In this document: in pieces, positions 28,851-38,500 of the stretch | How positions within the stretch are numbered: the first letter of the stretch is position 1 | Layout: each line of letters starts with the position of its first letter | Assembly (NCBI GenBank): GCA_049322915.1 | Contig: JBMOPW010000032.1 | Coordinates: 128,001-192,000, forward strand | Direction of reading: 5' to 3' | Source of the DNA: Candidatus Zhuqueibacterota bacterium | GTDB taxonomy: Bacteria > Zhuqueibacterota > Zhuqueibacteria > Thermofontimicrobiales > Thermofontimicrobiaceae | DNA length: 64,000 nt | Notes under the pieces: generated by a model | The model's input: only the letters and a program-made list of their open reading frames with translations | Told to the model about the DNA's origin: nothing | Databases searched by the model: none | Made by a program: the position numbers and the translations under genes

Positions 28851-29615
28851 ATGGGCAAGATTATTTCGATTGCCAACCAGAAAGGTGGCGTTGGAAAGAC
28901 CACAACTGCCGTTAATTTGTCAGCTTGCCTTGCTGTTGGAGAATATCCTGTTCTGTTGATTGATATTGACCCCCAAGCCAATTCCACAAGTGGCCTGGGA
29001 TTCGACGCGAAGAAGATTAAAAAGAGTATTTACCACGTATTGACTAAAGGCTCTGACATTGATGATGTGATCATCAAAACAGACCTGGCATTCCTGGATT
29101 TGCTGCCATCTAATATGGATCTGGTCGGTGCGGAAATAGAACTTGTTCCGGCCATGTCGCGGGAAAAAATTCTTCAGGGAATACTTCCCAAAATTAAAGA
29201 CCGATATAAATACATTTTCATCGATTGTCCACCATCCTTGGGATTATTGACACTCAATGCCATGACTGCATCTGACTCCGTTTTGATTCCCATTCAGTGC
29301 GAATATTATGCTCTGGAAGGATTAAGTCAATTGCTGAATACGGTTCGGCTTGTGCAAAAGCACCTGAACAGCAAGCTGGAAATCGAGGGAGTGGTACTGA
29401 CCATGTACGATGGGCGACTGAATTTATCACGTCAGGTTGCCGAGGATGTGAAACGCTTTTTCGAAAAGAAAGTCTATCAGACAGTCGTCAATCGCAATGT
29501 GCGAATAAGCGAAGCGCCGAGTTTTGGAAAGCCGATTATTCTGTACGATGCTGTTTCCACAGGCTCAGAAAATTACATGAGTTTAGCAGAGGAATTTATC
29601 AAGAATGGCCAGTAA
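28851..29615 (+). CDS. parA: Chromosome partitioning ATPase ParA/Soj
   Basis: [39 protein letters not shown]. Confidence 0.97.
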   Translation: MGKIISIANQKGGVGKTTTAVNLSACLAVGEYPVLLIDIDPQANSTSGLGFDAKKIKKSIYHVLTKGSDIDDVIIKTDLAFLDLLPSNMDLVGAEIELVPAMSREKILQGILPKIKDRYKYIFIDCPPSLGLLTLNAMTASDSVLIPIQCEYYALEGLSQLLNTVRLVQKHLNSKLEIEGVVLTMYDGRLNLSRQVAEDVKRFFEKKVYQTVVNRNVRISEAPSFGKPIILYDAVSTGSENYMSLAEEFIKNGQ

Positions 29616-30456
29616 ACGGTTAGGAAAAGGCCTTCGTGCATTAATCCCGGACATTCCCGAAGAAGAAGAGGACGAGCGCAAAAGTTCCATCAGGGATATT
29701 GCGGTTCCAAAGATTCGACCCAATCCATTTCAGCCGCGGGAAAATTTCGATGAGATTGCACTGGAAGAATTGAAAAATTCCATTGCGGAAAAAGGGATCA
29801 TTCAGCCAATTACAGTTCGCCAGGTTGAGGATGGTTACGAACTCATCGCCGGGGAGCGACGGCTGAGAGCGGTGACGGCGCTGCAATTTGAAACGATTCC
29901 CGCCTATGTGCTGGACGTCGAGAGCGATGAGGATATGCTGGAACTTTCGCTCATCGAAAATATTCAGCGCGAAAATTTGAATCCCATGGATATTGCCCGG
30001 GCCTATAATCGGCTACTGGTCGAATGCAGTTTAACTCAGGAATCGGTCGCAAAGCGCGTCGGCAAAGAGCGATCCACGGTGGCGAATTTTCTTCGGCTGC
30101 TGAAATTGCCAGGCCATATCCAGGATAGTCTGAAGCGCGGTGACCTGAATATGGGCCATGCGCGGGCGCTGATCACCATTGAAGACTCATCGCTCCAGAA
30201 TGAAATCTGGGAAAAGATTGTCAACAATGATTTGTCAGTCCGGGAAGTAGAGCGGTTGGTGAAAAAAGCGACGACTGCTAAAAAGAGCCCATCGACGACT
30301 GAGGAAAAGCCGTTTTATATTCTTGAGGCCGAAGAGAAGTTGAGAAATTCGCTCGCGACTCAGGTCAAAATTAAGTCTGGCAAAAAAGGCGGCAGTATCG
30401 AGATTGAGTATTACTCGGATGATGATCTGGAAAGATTATTGGAAATTTTACAATAA
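29605..30456 (+). CDS. parB: Chromosome partitioning protein ParB/Spo0J
   Basis: [48 protein letters not shown]. Confidence 0.97.
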   Translation: MASKRLGKGLRALIPDIPEEEEDERKSSIRDIAVPKIRPNPFQPRENFDEIALEELKNSIAEKGIIQPITVRQVEDGYELIAGERRLRAVTALQFETIPAYVLDVESDEDMLELSLIENIQRENLNPMDIARAYNRLLVECSLTQESVAKRVGKERSTVANFLRLLKLPGHIQDSLKRGDLNMGHARALITIEDSSLQNEIWEKIVNNDLSVREVERLVKKATTAKKSPSTTEEKPFYILEAEEKLRNSLATQVKIKSGKKGGSIEIEYYSDDDLERLLEILQ

Positions 30457-30484
30457 CGAATTTTTGAAAGAATAAATTGTAGCG

Positions 30485-31360
30485 ATGAATACGAAGAAAA
30501 AAAATAGAAAACAGCACATTTCTATATTATTGATACCGGATGATTTTTCAGACCCGTTCAGTTTTAAAGTCAAAATTCGAACATTGAAAATACTGGGTGT
30601 GATTGCCTCTCTGCTTGTCGTTCATATATTCGTGGGCATCGTTTTTTATTACAAATACTCGGTCACAAATCACTATCGGAAACAATTGGAACGCGACAAC
30701 ATCAACCTCAAAGAGGACAATCAGCAGATTCACTCGCTGTGGGATAAGGTTGAGGAGTTGTATAATTTCCAGTCAAAAGTGAGAAAAGCATTCGAAGTGG
30801 ACAAGGGCTTTGAAGTCAGCGACCGAAAGACCGCTCAAATAATGAACGATTTGAGAACGAACATCAATTTATTGCCAGAGCAATTATTGCATAATTCCGA
30901 TGCAGAAGCCGAAGATGCCGCTCAAAAGAAGATCGATTTCCTGACGCGGAAGAAGAATTATTATCACGAATTTGCCAACAACATTCCCACCTATTTGCCC
31001 GTGGAAGGTTGGCTATCGACGGATTTCCGGAAGAATGATTTGTCCAAGCCCAATCATTTTGGAATCGACATTGCTTCCAGCAGAGGATCGTTCATCAATG
31101 CTGCTGCGGATGGAGTCGTGATATTTGCAAACTGGACCGATGATCTCGGCAACCTGATGATCGTTTACCATTTCAATGGATTCTTAACTTTTTACGGCCA
31201 TAATCAAATGCTCTTGAAGCGTGAAAACATGTATGTGAAAAAAGGAGAGCCAATTGCGTTGCTGGGTAACTCCGGCCGAAGCACGGCGCCGCATCTTCAT
31301 TACGAAGTATGGAAAGATGGCGTTCCAGTGGATCCAAAAGATTATTTGTTAAGATTTTAA
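30485..31360 (+). CDS. M23 family peptidoglycan endopeptidase (TM segment, coiled coil, LytM domain)
   Basis: HFGIDI, YGH, GNSGRSTAPHLHYEV. Confidence 0.92.
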   Translation: MNTKKKNRKQHISILLIPDDFSDPFSFKVKIRTLKILGVIASLLVVHIFVGIVFYYKYSVTNHYRKQLERDNINLKEDNQQIHSLWDKVEELYNFQSKVRKAFEVDKGFEVSDRKTAQIMNDLRTNINLLPEQLLHNSDAEAEDAAQKKIDFLTRKKNYYHEFANNIPTYLPVEGWLSTDFRKNDLSKPNHFGIDIASSRGSFINAAADGVVIFANWTDDLGNLMIVYHFNGFLTFYGHNQMLLKRENMYVKKGEPIALLGNSGRSTAPHLHYEVWKDGVPVDPKDYLLRF

Positions 31361-31690
31361 TATAATTAAACAGTAGCAACTCAGTCGTAATAAATCAAAG
31401 GCTTGACGTAAGGATGGGTGTCGTGTAAGTTCAGTCAAACAGTGAGAGAAATCCGGGGCGGGTGAACGAATCGATTTACAAAATAAAATCTCAATGGCCA
31501 GAATGAAGTACCCCGGGTTTCGGGCGTTCAGGGGGATCAATTGAAATTATCTCAAAAGGATTTGTGAACCCGAGCTGCTTTTGACTTTATGAGCAGCGAC
31601 TCCTACTCTCAATCAGATGCGCTTTCGAATTTTCTGGACAGAGAAGCTACAAGCGACGGACTTTTTAAATCGTAGAAAAGGAGAGTTATC

Positions 31691-32149
31691 GTGGTGGGTA
31701 AGAAAGATGATCAGGCAATTGCACGTTCCGGCGATCTGAACACAATTATTGGAAAAGGTTCCTCCATGGAAGGAGTTATCCGCGTGGAGAACAGTTTACG
31801 CGTTGATGGAAGAATCAAAGGAAATGTCACAGCATCAGATTCTCTTGTCATTGGCAAGGAAGGTGAAATCGAAGGTGAAATCATTGCTAAAAACGCCATC
31901 ATTGGTGGCAAAGTGCGCGGCCGAATCAGCGCATCGGGAAAAGTGGTTCTCGAATCCAAAGCATTATTTCAGGGCGAATTGAAAACTGCCCGTTTGATGA
32001 TTGATGACGGCGCCGTTTTTGATGGCCAATGCTCGATGCAGCAAGATGGCAAAATGCCGTTCGAGCCAAAAGTGAATCCGGTGGCAGGGAAATCAGGGCT
32101 GAGCGTTGCAGGAAGCAATCCTGCTTCTACAGAGGAGAAGAAGAAATAA
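31691..32149 (+). CDS. Bactofilin (polymer-forming cytoskeletal protein)
   Basis: TIIGKGSSMEG...LRVDG.IKG...IDDGAVFDGQC beta-helix pattern; GTG start after AAGGAG. Confidence 0.92.
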   Translation: MVGKKDDQAIARSGDLNTIIGKGSSMEGVIRVENSLRVDGRIKGNVTASDSLVIGKEGEIEGEIIAKNAIIGGKVRGRISASGKVVLESKALFQGELKTARLMIDDGAVFDGQCSMQQDGKMPFEPKVNPVAGKSGLSVAGSNPASTEEKKK

Positions 32150-32185
32150 CGCCTCGCTCTCAGATTTATAAATAATCTGTAATAT

Positions 32186-32267
32186 AAATCCTCTCGTGGT
32201 TTTCAAGCCATTCGATAGCGGTTATGACGGTCATCGATACTGCGAATTGAAAACCGCGAGAGGATTT
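32186..32267. repeat. 21-bp inverted repeat with 40-nt spacer (terminator or stabiliser-like)
   Basis: aaatcctctcgtggttttcaa ... ttgaaaaccgcgagaggattt. Confidence 0.7.
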
Positions 32268-32562
32268 CTGCATTAGTCTTATTTGAACAATGAGTTAACG
32301 TCCCCTTATCTTCAACCTTTATCCTGTCATATTGTTAACAAAAATTTAATCACTTTAAAATCGAAATTAGTTACAAAAAATTCATTGATTTTTTTATAAT
32401 ATTATTCTGCATTCTATTACTTGAATTGTACTAAAGAATCAGTATGTCATGCCGAAATAATAGTATCATTTCTCTGCCAGTCTCGTAATTCAAATAAATT
32501 ATGGTGATTATGAGAAAAAGGATTCTTTGCTTAGCTATTACAAAAATTTAAAAAAACTTTTA

Positions 32563-32591
32563 TTGACTAACAGGAAAAAAAGTTATATAAT
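32563..32591 (+). promoter_or_regulatory. Strong sigma70-type promoter for the TPR/Agl-Glt-like operon
   Basis: TTGACT-17-TATAAT preceded by an AT-rich UP-like tract. Confidence 0.75.
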
Positions 32592-32649
32592 TAGTAGGTG
32601 TTTTGGATAAACATCGCTGTGAAATGTAATATCATTCAAAGAGAAGATT

Positions 32650-35553
32650 ATGAGAAAGAAGAATATCATTTTAAGTTTTCTTATGTGGATCATGTTTTTT
32701 TCGTTCGATGCACCGGGTGTTACAGGGTCGGAACTGCCGGATAAATATAAAAAGGACGATGTGACAATCGATTTTGAATCGCGGTTGCGCTTCTACCTGG
32801 ATTTGAAGACCAAACGATTCATGCGAAAGATGGCAGTGAAGGAAGGCGCGTTGCTTGAGATGATACGCAGCGTGACTGATGAAGTTCGCATCCGTGGCAA
32901 GGCTGGATTTCTGGATGGCGACCCTGGTTTCAATTTGATCTACGGGAAAAGCAACAAGATTCTGGAAGAATTTGATGCTGAAATTGATTCGATAAAACAT
33001 ATTGTGAAGGAACTCGATAGGTTGGAATTGACCATTCAGCGGATGGAAGATCTCAAACTTTTGAAAGAGCTGGAACAAATCAAAGACCGATTGCTCACTG
33101 TGCTGGATGATCAAAAATTGGCCACAAAACAGTTGACGAAACAGCAAGTGGCCAGTATGATCGATGATTATTCCCATGAAATAAACCGCATCCTGAAAAT
33201 TTACGAGGAGATCGAAACCTTTCAGAAAAAAGCCAGGGGCTATGGTGATACAGAAATCGTGAAACAATTGGATCTGCAGAAACAGCACGTGATTCAAGTG
33301 CTCGAACAGAGTCGTATCGCCGGAACAGCGCCGGAGACAGTTGTCAATAGCTACATTGAGGAGGCGGCTTCAATTGTTGAAATTCTGCAACAGATCGATG
33401 ATCTGAATCAGAAGTTTGGCGTTGATTCGACAGTCAATACAGATGTTGAATCCGTGCGGGATAATATCATCGCCAATGTGGATGAACGCATATTCAAGCT
33501 GTTTGGCTATCAGACCGGGAAAGATTTCAGCGGCGTCACCATCTCTGAACACTTCAACACCTGGAAATCCGAGCGCATTGCCGAATATCAATTGAAGCTC
33601 ACGCAATACCAGATTCTCCGAAAGAGTCTGATTCAGTCCGCGACTCCGCAGGAGCGAAACCGTATGTTGGAGCGCGAGATTACAAACGCTCTGCTCAATT
33701 ACTCTGAAGAGCGATACGAGCTTTCGGAATTATTATTCGCTGATATTTATGAAGCCTATGGCGAATATTTCCCGAATCTCGATGGTGTGATTTTCTACAG
33801 AAGTGAAGCGAATTACGCCAATCATTATTATGATGAAGCTATGGCCGGGTATCAAAAACTTATAACCGATTTCCCCCAATCCCAGTATGTGGGGCAATGT
33901 AACCTGCGGGTGGCAATGATCCATTACACGTATGGCGAGAATAGCCAATTCTTCGATTATTATAATAAGGTCTGGAATTCCACTGGCATAGAACCGGAGG
34001 ATCTGAATAACCTCCACTATCTTGCCGGCTATCTGTACCTGACAGATAGGCGCTTCAAAGACGCAGAAGCTGTTTTGTTGAATATTAAAGAAGATTCAAA
34101 ATACTATATGGCGGCCCAATATTTGCAAGGGATTGTCTTGACGAATCTGGAAAAATTTACCCAGGCAAAGGCAATATTTGAGAAACTGACGGATCAGCAA
34201 AACTATCCGTGGACGGACCTGAATACATCCATCATACGAAATGAGTCGCTTCTGAAATTGGGCTATATTCACTACCAGCATGGAGAATATCAGAAAGCAA
34301 GTCAATATTTCGACATGGTTTCCAAGGGCTACGATAGATATGATTCCAGCTTGTTAGCCAAGGCCTGGACCAATCTCAAAAAGGGCGAGTACGAGAATGC
34401 CATTTCCAACGTGGACTTGATTTGCAACAATTACTTACTCTCAAATTACACGTATGAAGCCCTGGTGTTATCGGCGCATTGCAAGCGTATTCAGAATCGG
34501 ACTGATGAAGCGATCAAGGATTTTCAATATGTGACCAATGCAAAGTATATCCTCAACCAGGTTCAGGAATATAACAAAGAGCGCGAGCATATTTTACAGC
34601 AATTGGATGAACTGGAAGTCCTCGAAGAGGATATTTTTGAACATCAAAATCAGCGTCTCTATCCCGAAGTCGTTCGAATCCGGGATGTGATCAATGACGC
34701 CCTGGTTGCTTTTCGGTTTCGAGGCGCAGCGAGCAGCCGGATGTTGGAGGGATACAACGACGAGCGCAAAATTCTCATTCGTCAGATTGAGGAATTTGAG
34801 CGAATCATTGAAATAGCTGATGCTGAAGGCGATGAAGAAATGAAGAAAGATGCCCTCCAACAAAAGAAACGTCTGGTTGCAGCGTTGGAAAATTTTCAGA
34901 CAGAAGAGTCTGTCTCTGGCGCCGAATATTTCATGGATTATCCTCTGGCCACCAAAGAGGGTGGTATTATTTACCGTCGCGGTATTGTGCAGAAATTATT
35001 GAGTGAACTGCTGGTAGAGAAACAGCGGGTTCAGGACGATCTGATCATAGTTTCGGAATTGATGTCCATCAATGAGGATAAACCGCGCATGGATGCGGCA
35101 ATTGATTTGGAGATAATTGAAGAAGAATTGCACGACTTGCAAAATCAATTGAATCAGTTTCAGGTGTATTTAGCCAATCACCAGGTCGAGCAGATTCACA
35201 CAAATGCAGAGCATTGGGCCGACCTCTCAGGATTTGGCTTGAGTGATTTGAACTATATGTCATATCACGAGAGAACCAAAAAGATATCCAGCTATTCAAA
35301 AAACCTCAATGAGATTGATGCGGTATTAGGCCAAAAAAGAAAGAGTCTGGAGGAGCGGATTTGGCGGTTTGACAATGAAGTGAAGAAGATACAGAAGGAG
35401 ATGGAAGCGGAAAAGACACGGCTGGAAAAATTAGAGAAAGAAAAATATTTCCAGGAAATCTATTTCGAGACGAAATCGAATGAAATTGATCTTCAGACAA
35501 ATGAGGAGTTTGAGGAGTTGAACTTCGAGAATGAAAGTGGGAAGAAATTTTAA
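32650..35553 (+). CDS. Exported TPR and coiled-coil protein (GltC-like position in the cluster)
   Basis: Signal peptide; central TPRs (YDEAMAGYQKLITDFPQSQY, LLKLGYIHYQHGEYQKA, SLLAKAWTNLKKGEYENA); flanking heptad-rich helices. Confidence 0.75.
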   Translation: MRKKNIILSFLMWIMFFSFDAPGVTGSELPDKYKKDDVTIDFESRLRFYLDLKTKRFMRKMAVKEGALLEMIRSVTDEVRIRGKAGFLDGDPGFNLIYGKSNKILEEFDAEIDSIKHIVKELDRLELTIQRMEDLKLLKELEQIKDRLLTVLDDQKLATKQLTKQQVASMIDDYSHEINRILKIYEEIETFQKKARGYGDTEIVKQLDLQKQHVIQVLEQSRIAGTAPETVVNSYIEEAASIVEILQQIDDLNQKFGVDSTVNTDVESVRDNIIANVDERIFKLFGYQTGKDFSGVTISEHFNTWKSERIAEYQLKLTQYQILRKSLIQSATPQERNRMLEREITNALLNYSEERYELSELLFADIYEAYGEYFPNLDGVIFYRSEANYANHYYDEAMAGYQKLITDFPQSQYVGQCNLRVAMIHYTYGENSQFFDYYNKVWNSTGIEPEDLNNLHYLAGYLYLTDRRFKDAEAVLLNIKEDSKYYMAAQYLQGIVLTNLEKFTQAKAIFEKLTDQQNYPWTDLNTSIIRNESLLKLGYIHYQHGEYQKASQYFDMVSKGYDRYDSSLLAKAWTNLKKGEYENAISNVDLICNNYLLSNYTYEALVLSAHCKRIQNRTDEAIKDFQYVTNAKYILNQVQEYNKEREHILQQLDELEVLEEDIFEHQNQRLYPEVVRIRDVINDALVAFRFRGAASSRMLEGYNDERKILIRQIEEFERIIEIADAEGDEEMKKDALQQKKRLVAALENFQTEESVSGAEYFMDYPLATKEGGIIYRRGIVQKLLSELLVEKQRVQDDLIIVSELMSINEDKPRMDAAIDLEIIEEELHDLQNQLNQFQVYLANHQVEQIHTNAEHWADLSGFGLSDLNYMSYHERTKKISSYSKNLNEIDAVLGQKRKSLEERIWRFDNEVKKIQKEMEAEKTRLEKLEKEKYFQEIYFETKSNEIDLQTNEEFEELNFENESGKKF

Positions 35554-35583
35554 ATCAGGATGTTCACCTGATAGGGAAGGGAA

Positions 35584-38500
35584 ATGAAGAAGATAATTTT
35601 AATTGGCCTGTTTTTGGGGATGTTATTTTCGAGCCAACGGTGTTTTTCGCAACAGGAACCGCAAGAGGAAGGTCAGAAAAAAGCCGCGGTCGATTCGCTG
35701 ATCGATTCGTACTCGGTCGAGGATATTCTTAAATACCGGGAATACTATCAAAAACAGATCGAAAATATCACGGCTGAAAAGGTTGAGTTGCGCAAAAAGG
35801 GAATTCGCGATGCAGAAAAATTCCTTGAAAATAATCCGAATAGCAAGGTTCTGGATAAAGTGATGATGCGACTAGCCGAGTTGTATTATGAAGACGCCGA
35901 GGAGGAATTCATTCAGCAGATGCAGGCGTATGATCTGAAGTTAGAAGAGCTTGGCGATGCGCCAGCAGATACCACCCTTACGGAACCGGTAAAAAATTAT
36001 TCCAAGGCGTTAGGTCTGTACCAAATCATCATTGATGAATATCAACATAGCGAATTGTTAGACGATGCCTTATATAACAAAGCGTTCATCCTGGAGGAAA
36101 CGGGAAAAATTCAGGAAGCACTGACGATTTACAATTCAATCATCGCAGAATTCCAGGACAGTCGTTATGTACCCGAGTGTCTGATGCGAATTGCTGAGTA
36201 TTATTTCAATCCCCCAAAGAATGATATTGATACCGCCATCGACTATTATAAAAAAATTCTGGAATATAAAGATAGTCCCAAATATGACGAAGCCTTATAT
36301 CGTTTGGGCTGGTGCTATTATCGAAAGAGCGACTATCCTCTGGCAGTATCCTACTTCACCATTTTAGCTGACGATGTGCAGCGCGCCGGAGAGATCGATC
36401 CGGAGCAAAAGTTCTCCAATCCGGTGTTGCGCGATGAATCCATTGAATACATTGGTATCAGTTTTCTGGATTATGGCGGAACCGATCGGGCTGTGGATTA
36501 CCTGAATAGCATCGGCGGTCGTGACTATGGCGTGGATATTTTGAAGAAAATAGGCGATGTCTATTTGAACGAAAAGGAAATGTACGATCAGGCGGTTCAG
36601 GCTTATCAGACCTTGTTGAAGATGTACCCAGAAGATAAAGAAGCTCCGTTCATCCAGGATAAAATTGTGCTTTGCTACCGTCATCAGAATGATGATATGA
36701 TGGCCTACGTTGCCCGGGATAAACTATTCAACCATTACAAGCCGGGCAGCCCCTGGTGGCAGAATCAGCAAGATGAAACAATGAAGGAGAAAGTTTATGG
36801 TATAACGGAGCGTTCGTTACGCGATAATATCAATCTCCTTTTTCAACGCGCAGAAGCCGCCAATGATCAGGATCTGTACTTGCAGGCTGTCAACGATAGC
36901 CGGAAATATCTGAAATCGTTTGCCTCAGACAGCAGCGCGCCGCAAATTCATTGGAACATGGCGCTGACTCTGGATACCAAGCTGCATCAAACCGATGAAG
37001 CGTTTGAAGAGTACATGAAGATTTCCGATCTTTACTGGGGCAGCAAGTATCAAAAATATTCTGCTGAAAATTCCATCGCCCTGGCCAAAGATGCAGTGGA
37101 AACAGATACTTCGAAAAAGCAGATAGCGTCGGGAGAGACGGTCGCGGACTTGCAGAAAAAGGCCAGCAGTGTGCTGGAAGCGCTGGACTACGATCGCATG
37201 GAGTTCAGCGAGTACGAGAAGAAGTTATTGAGAGCTTATAATAATTATATCAAATTATTCCCCCATGAACCTGAGACCGCAACCATTCTGGCGAATGCCG
37301 GCGCTTTGAATTACAACAACAACCGGTTCCCGGAAGCGCTGCGGTATTTCAATACCATCATCAAACATTTCCCGGATAGCAAAGATGTGGATTACGCAAA
37401 ATACACCATCATGGAAAGTTATTTCGGGAAACGCGATTTTAAGAGCGCGGAAATCATCGCCAGAAATTTGAAGAACACCGAAGGCATCGATGCGAGTCTG
37501 GCGGATAAAGCGAAGAACCGATTGGCCGAATCCATTTTCCTCGCAGCAGAAGTGTTCGCAGATTCGGCGGATCATCTGCAGGCTGGCAATGAATATCTTC
37601 GCGTGGTCATGGAAGTCCCCAATGCAGAGTTTGCTGATCTGAGCGTTTTCAACGCGGCGCTGGAATATGACAAGGCCAAAGAATTCAGTCGCGCCGTGGA
37701 GACGTACAATTATCTGATCGAGACGCGACCCAATTCAAAATATCTGCTGGATGCCATGAATAACCTAGCCATCGATTACGGAGAACTGAAGGAATTCAAA
37801 AACGCGGCCCTGACGTATGAACGATTGGCGAATGCTGCCAAGGATTCCGCCCGGACCCACGATGCTTTATTCAATTCCAGCCTGTTCTTCGTGAAAGCGG
37901 AAGAATGGGAAGATGCCATTCGCATCAACCGGCAGTTTGTCCAGAAATATCCAAAGTCACAGGACGCCGATGATTTATTTTACGACATTGCCACTTATTA
38001 TTTGAAACTGGATGATCTGGATAAGGCAAATTCCCTCTATGGCGAATACGCCCAGTTATATCCCAATTCACCGCGCGTGATTGAAACATATTTCCATCGC
38101 GGTGAATATTATCGCAACAAGGACCTTCAGGCCCTGGCAAAGGGTGAATACGAAAAGGCAGTGGCCAAGAATACCGAATTTAAATCAAAGAATCTAGAGC
38201 AAAATGATTACTTCGCTGCAGAAGCGCTGTTTCAGTTAACACTACTGCATTTCGGTGAATTCAAAGCCATCGAATTCCAATTGCCGGTCGCGAAGATGGA
38301 ACAATCAAAATCACAAAAGCGGGGATTATTGATTAAGGTAGTGGATGGATTCACGCAGGTCGCGACGTTTGGAACGCTCCGATTGTACGAAGCAACATTT
38401 TATATCGGCGAGACCTATGATGAATTCGCCCGGTGCTGGGTGCGGCAGGAAATTCCTCAGATGGATGAAACCCGGCGCATCGTTACTCAGAAGGAAATCA

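Noticed and set aside
28270..30480. parS sites near parAB
   Set aside because: No TGTTTCACGTGAAACA-like palindrome was seen by eye; only half-site-like matches
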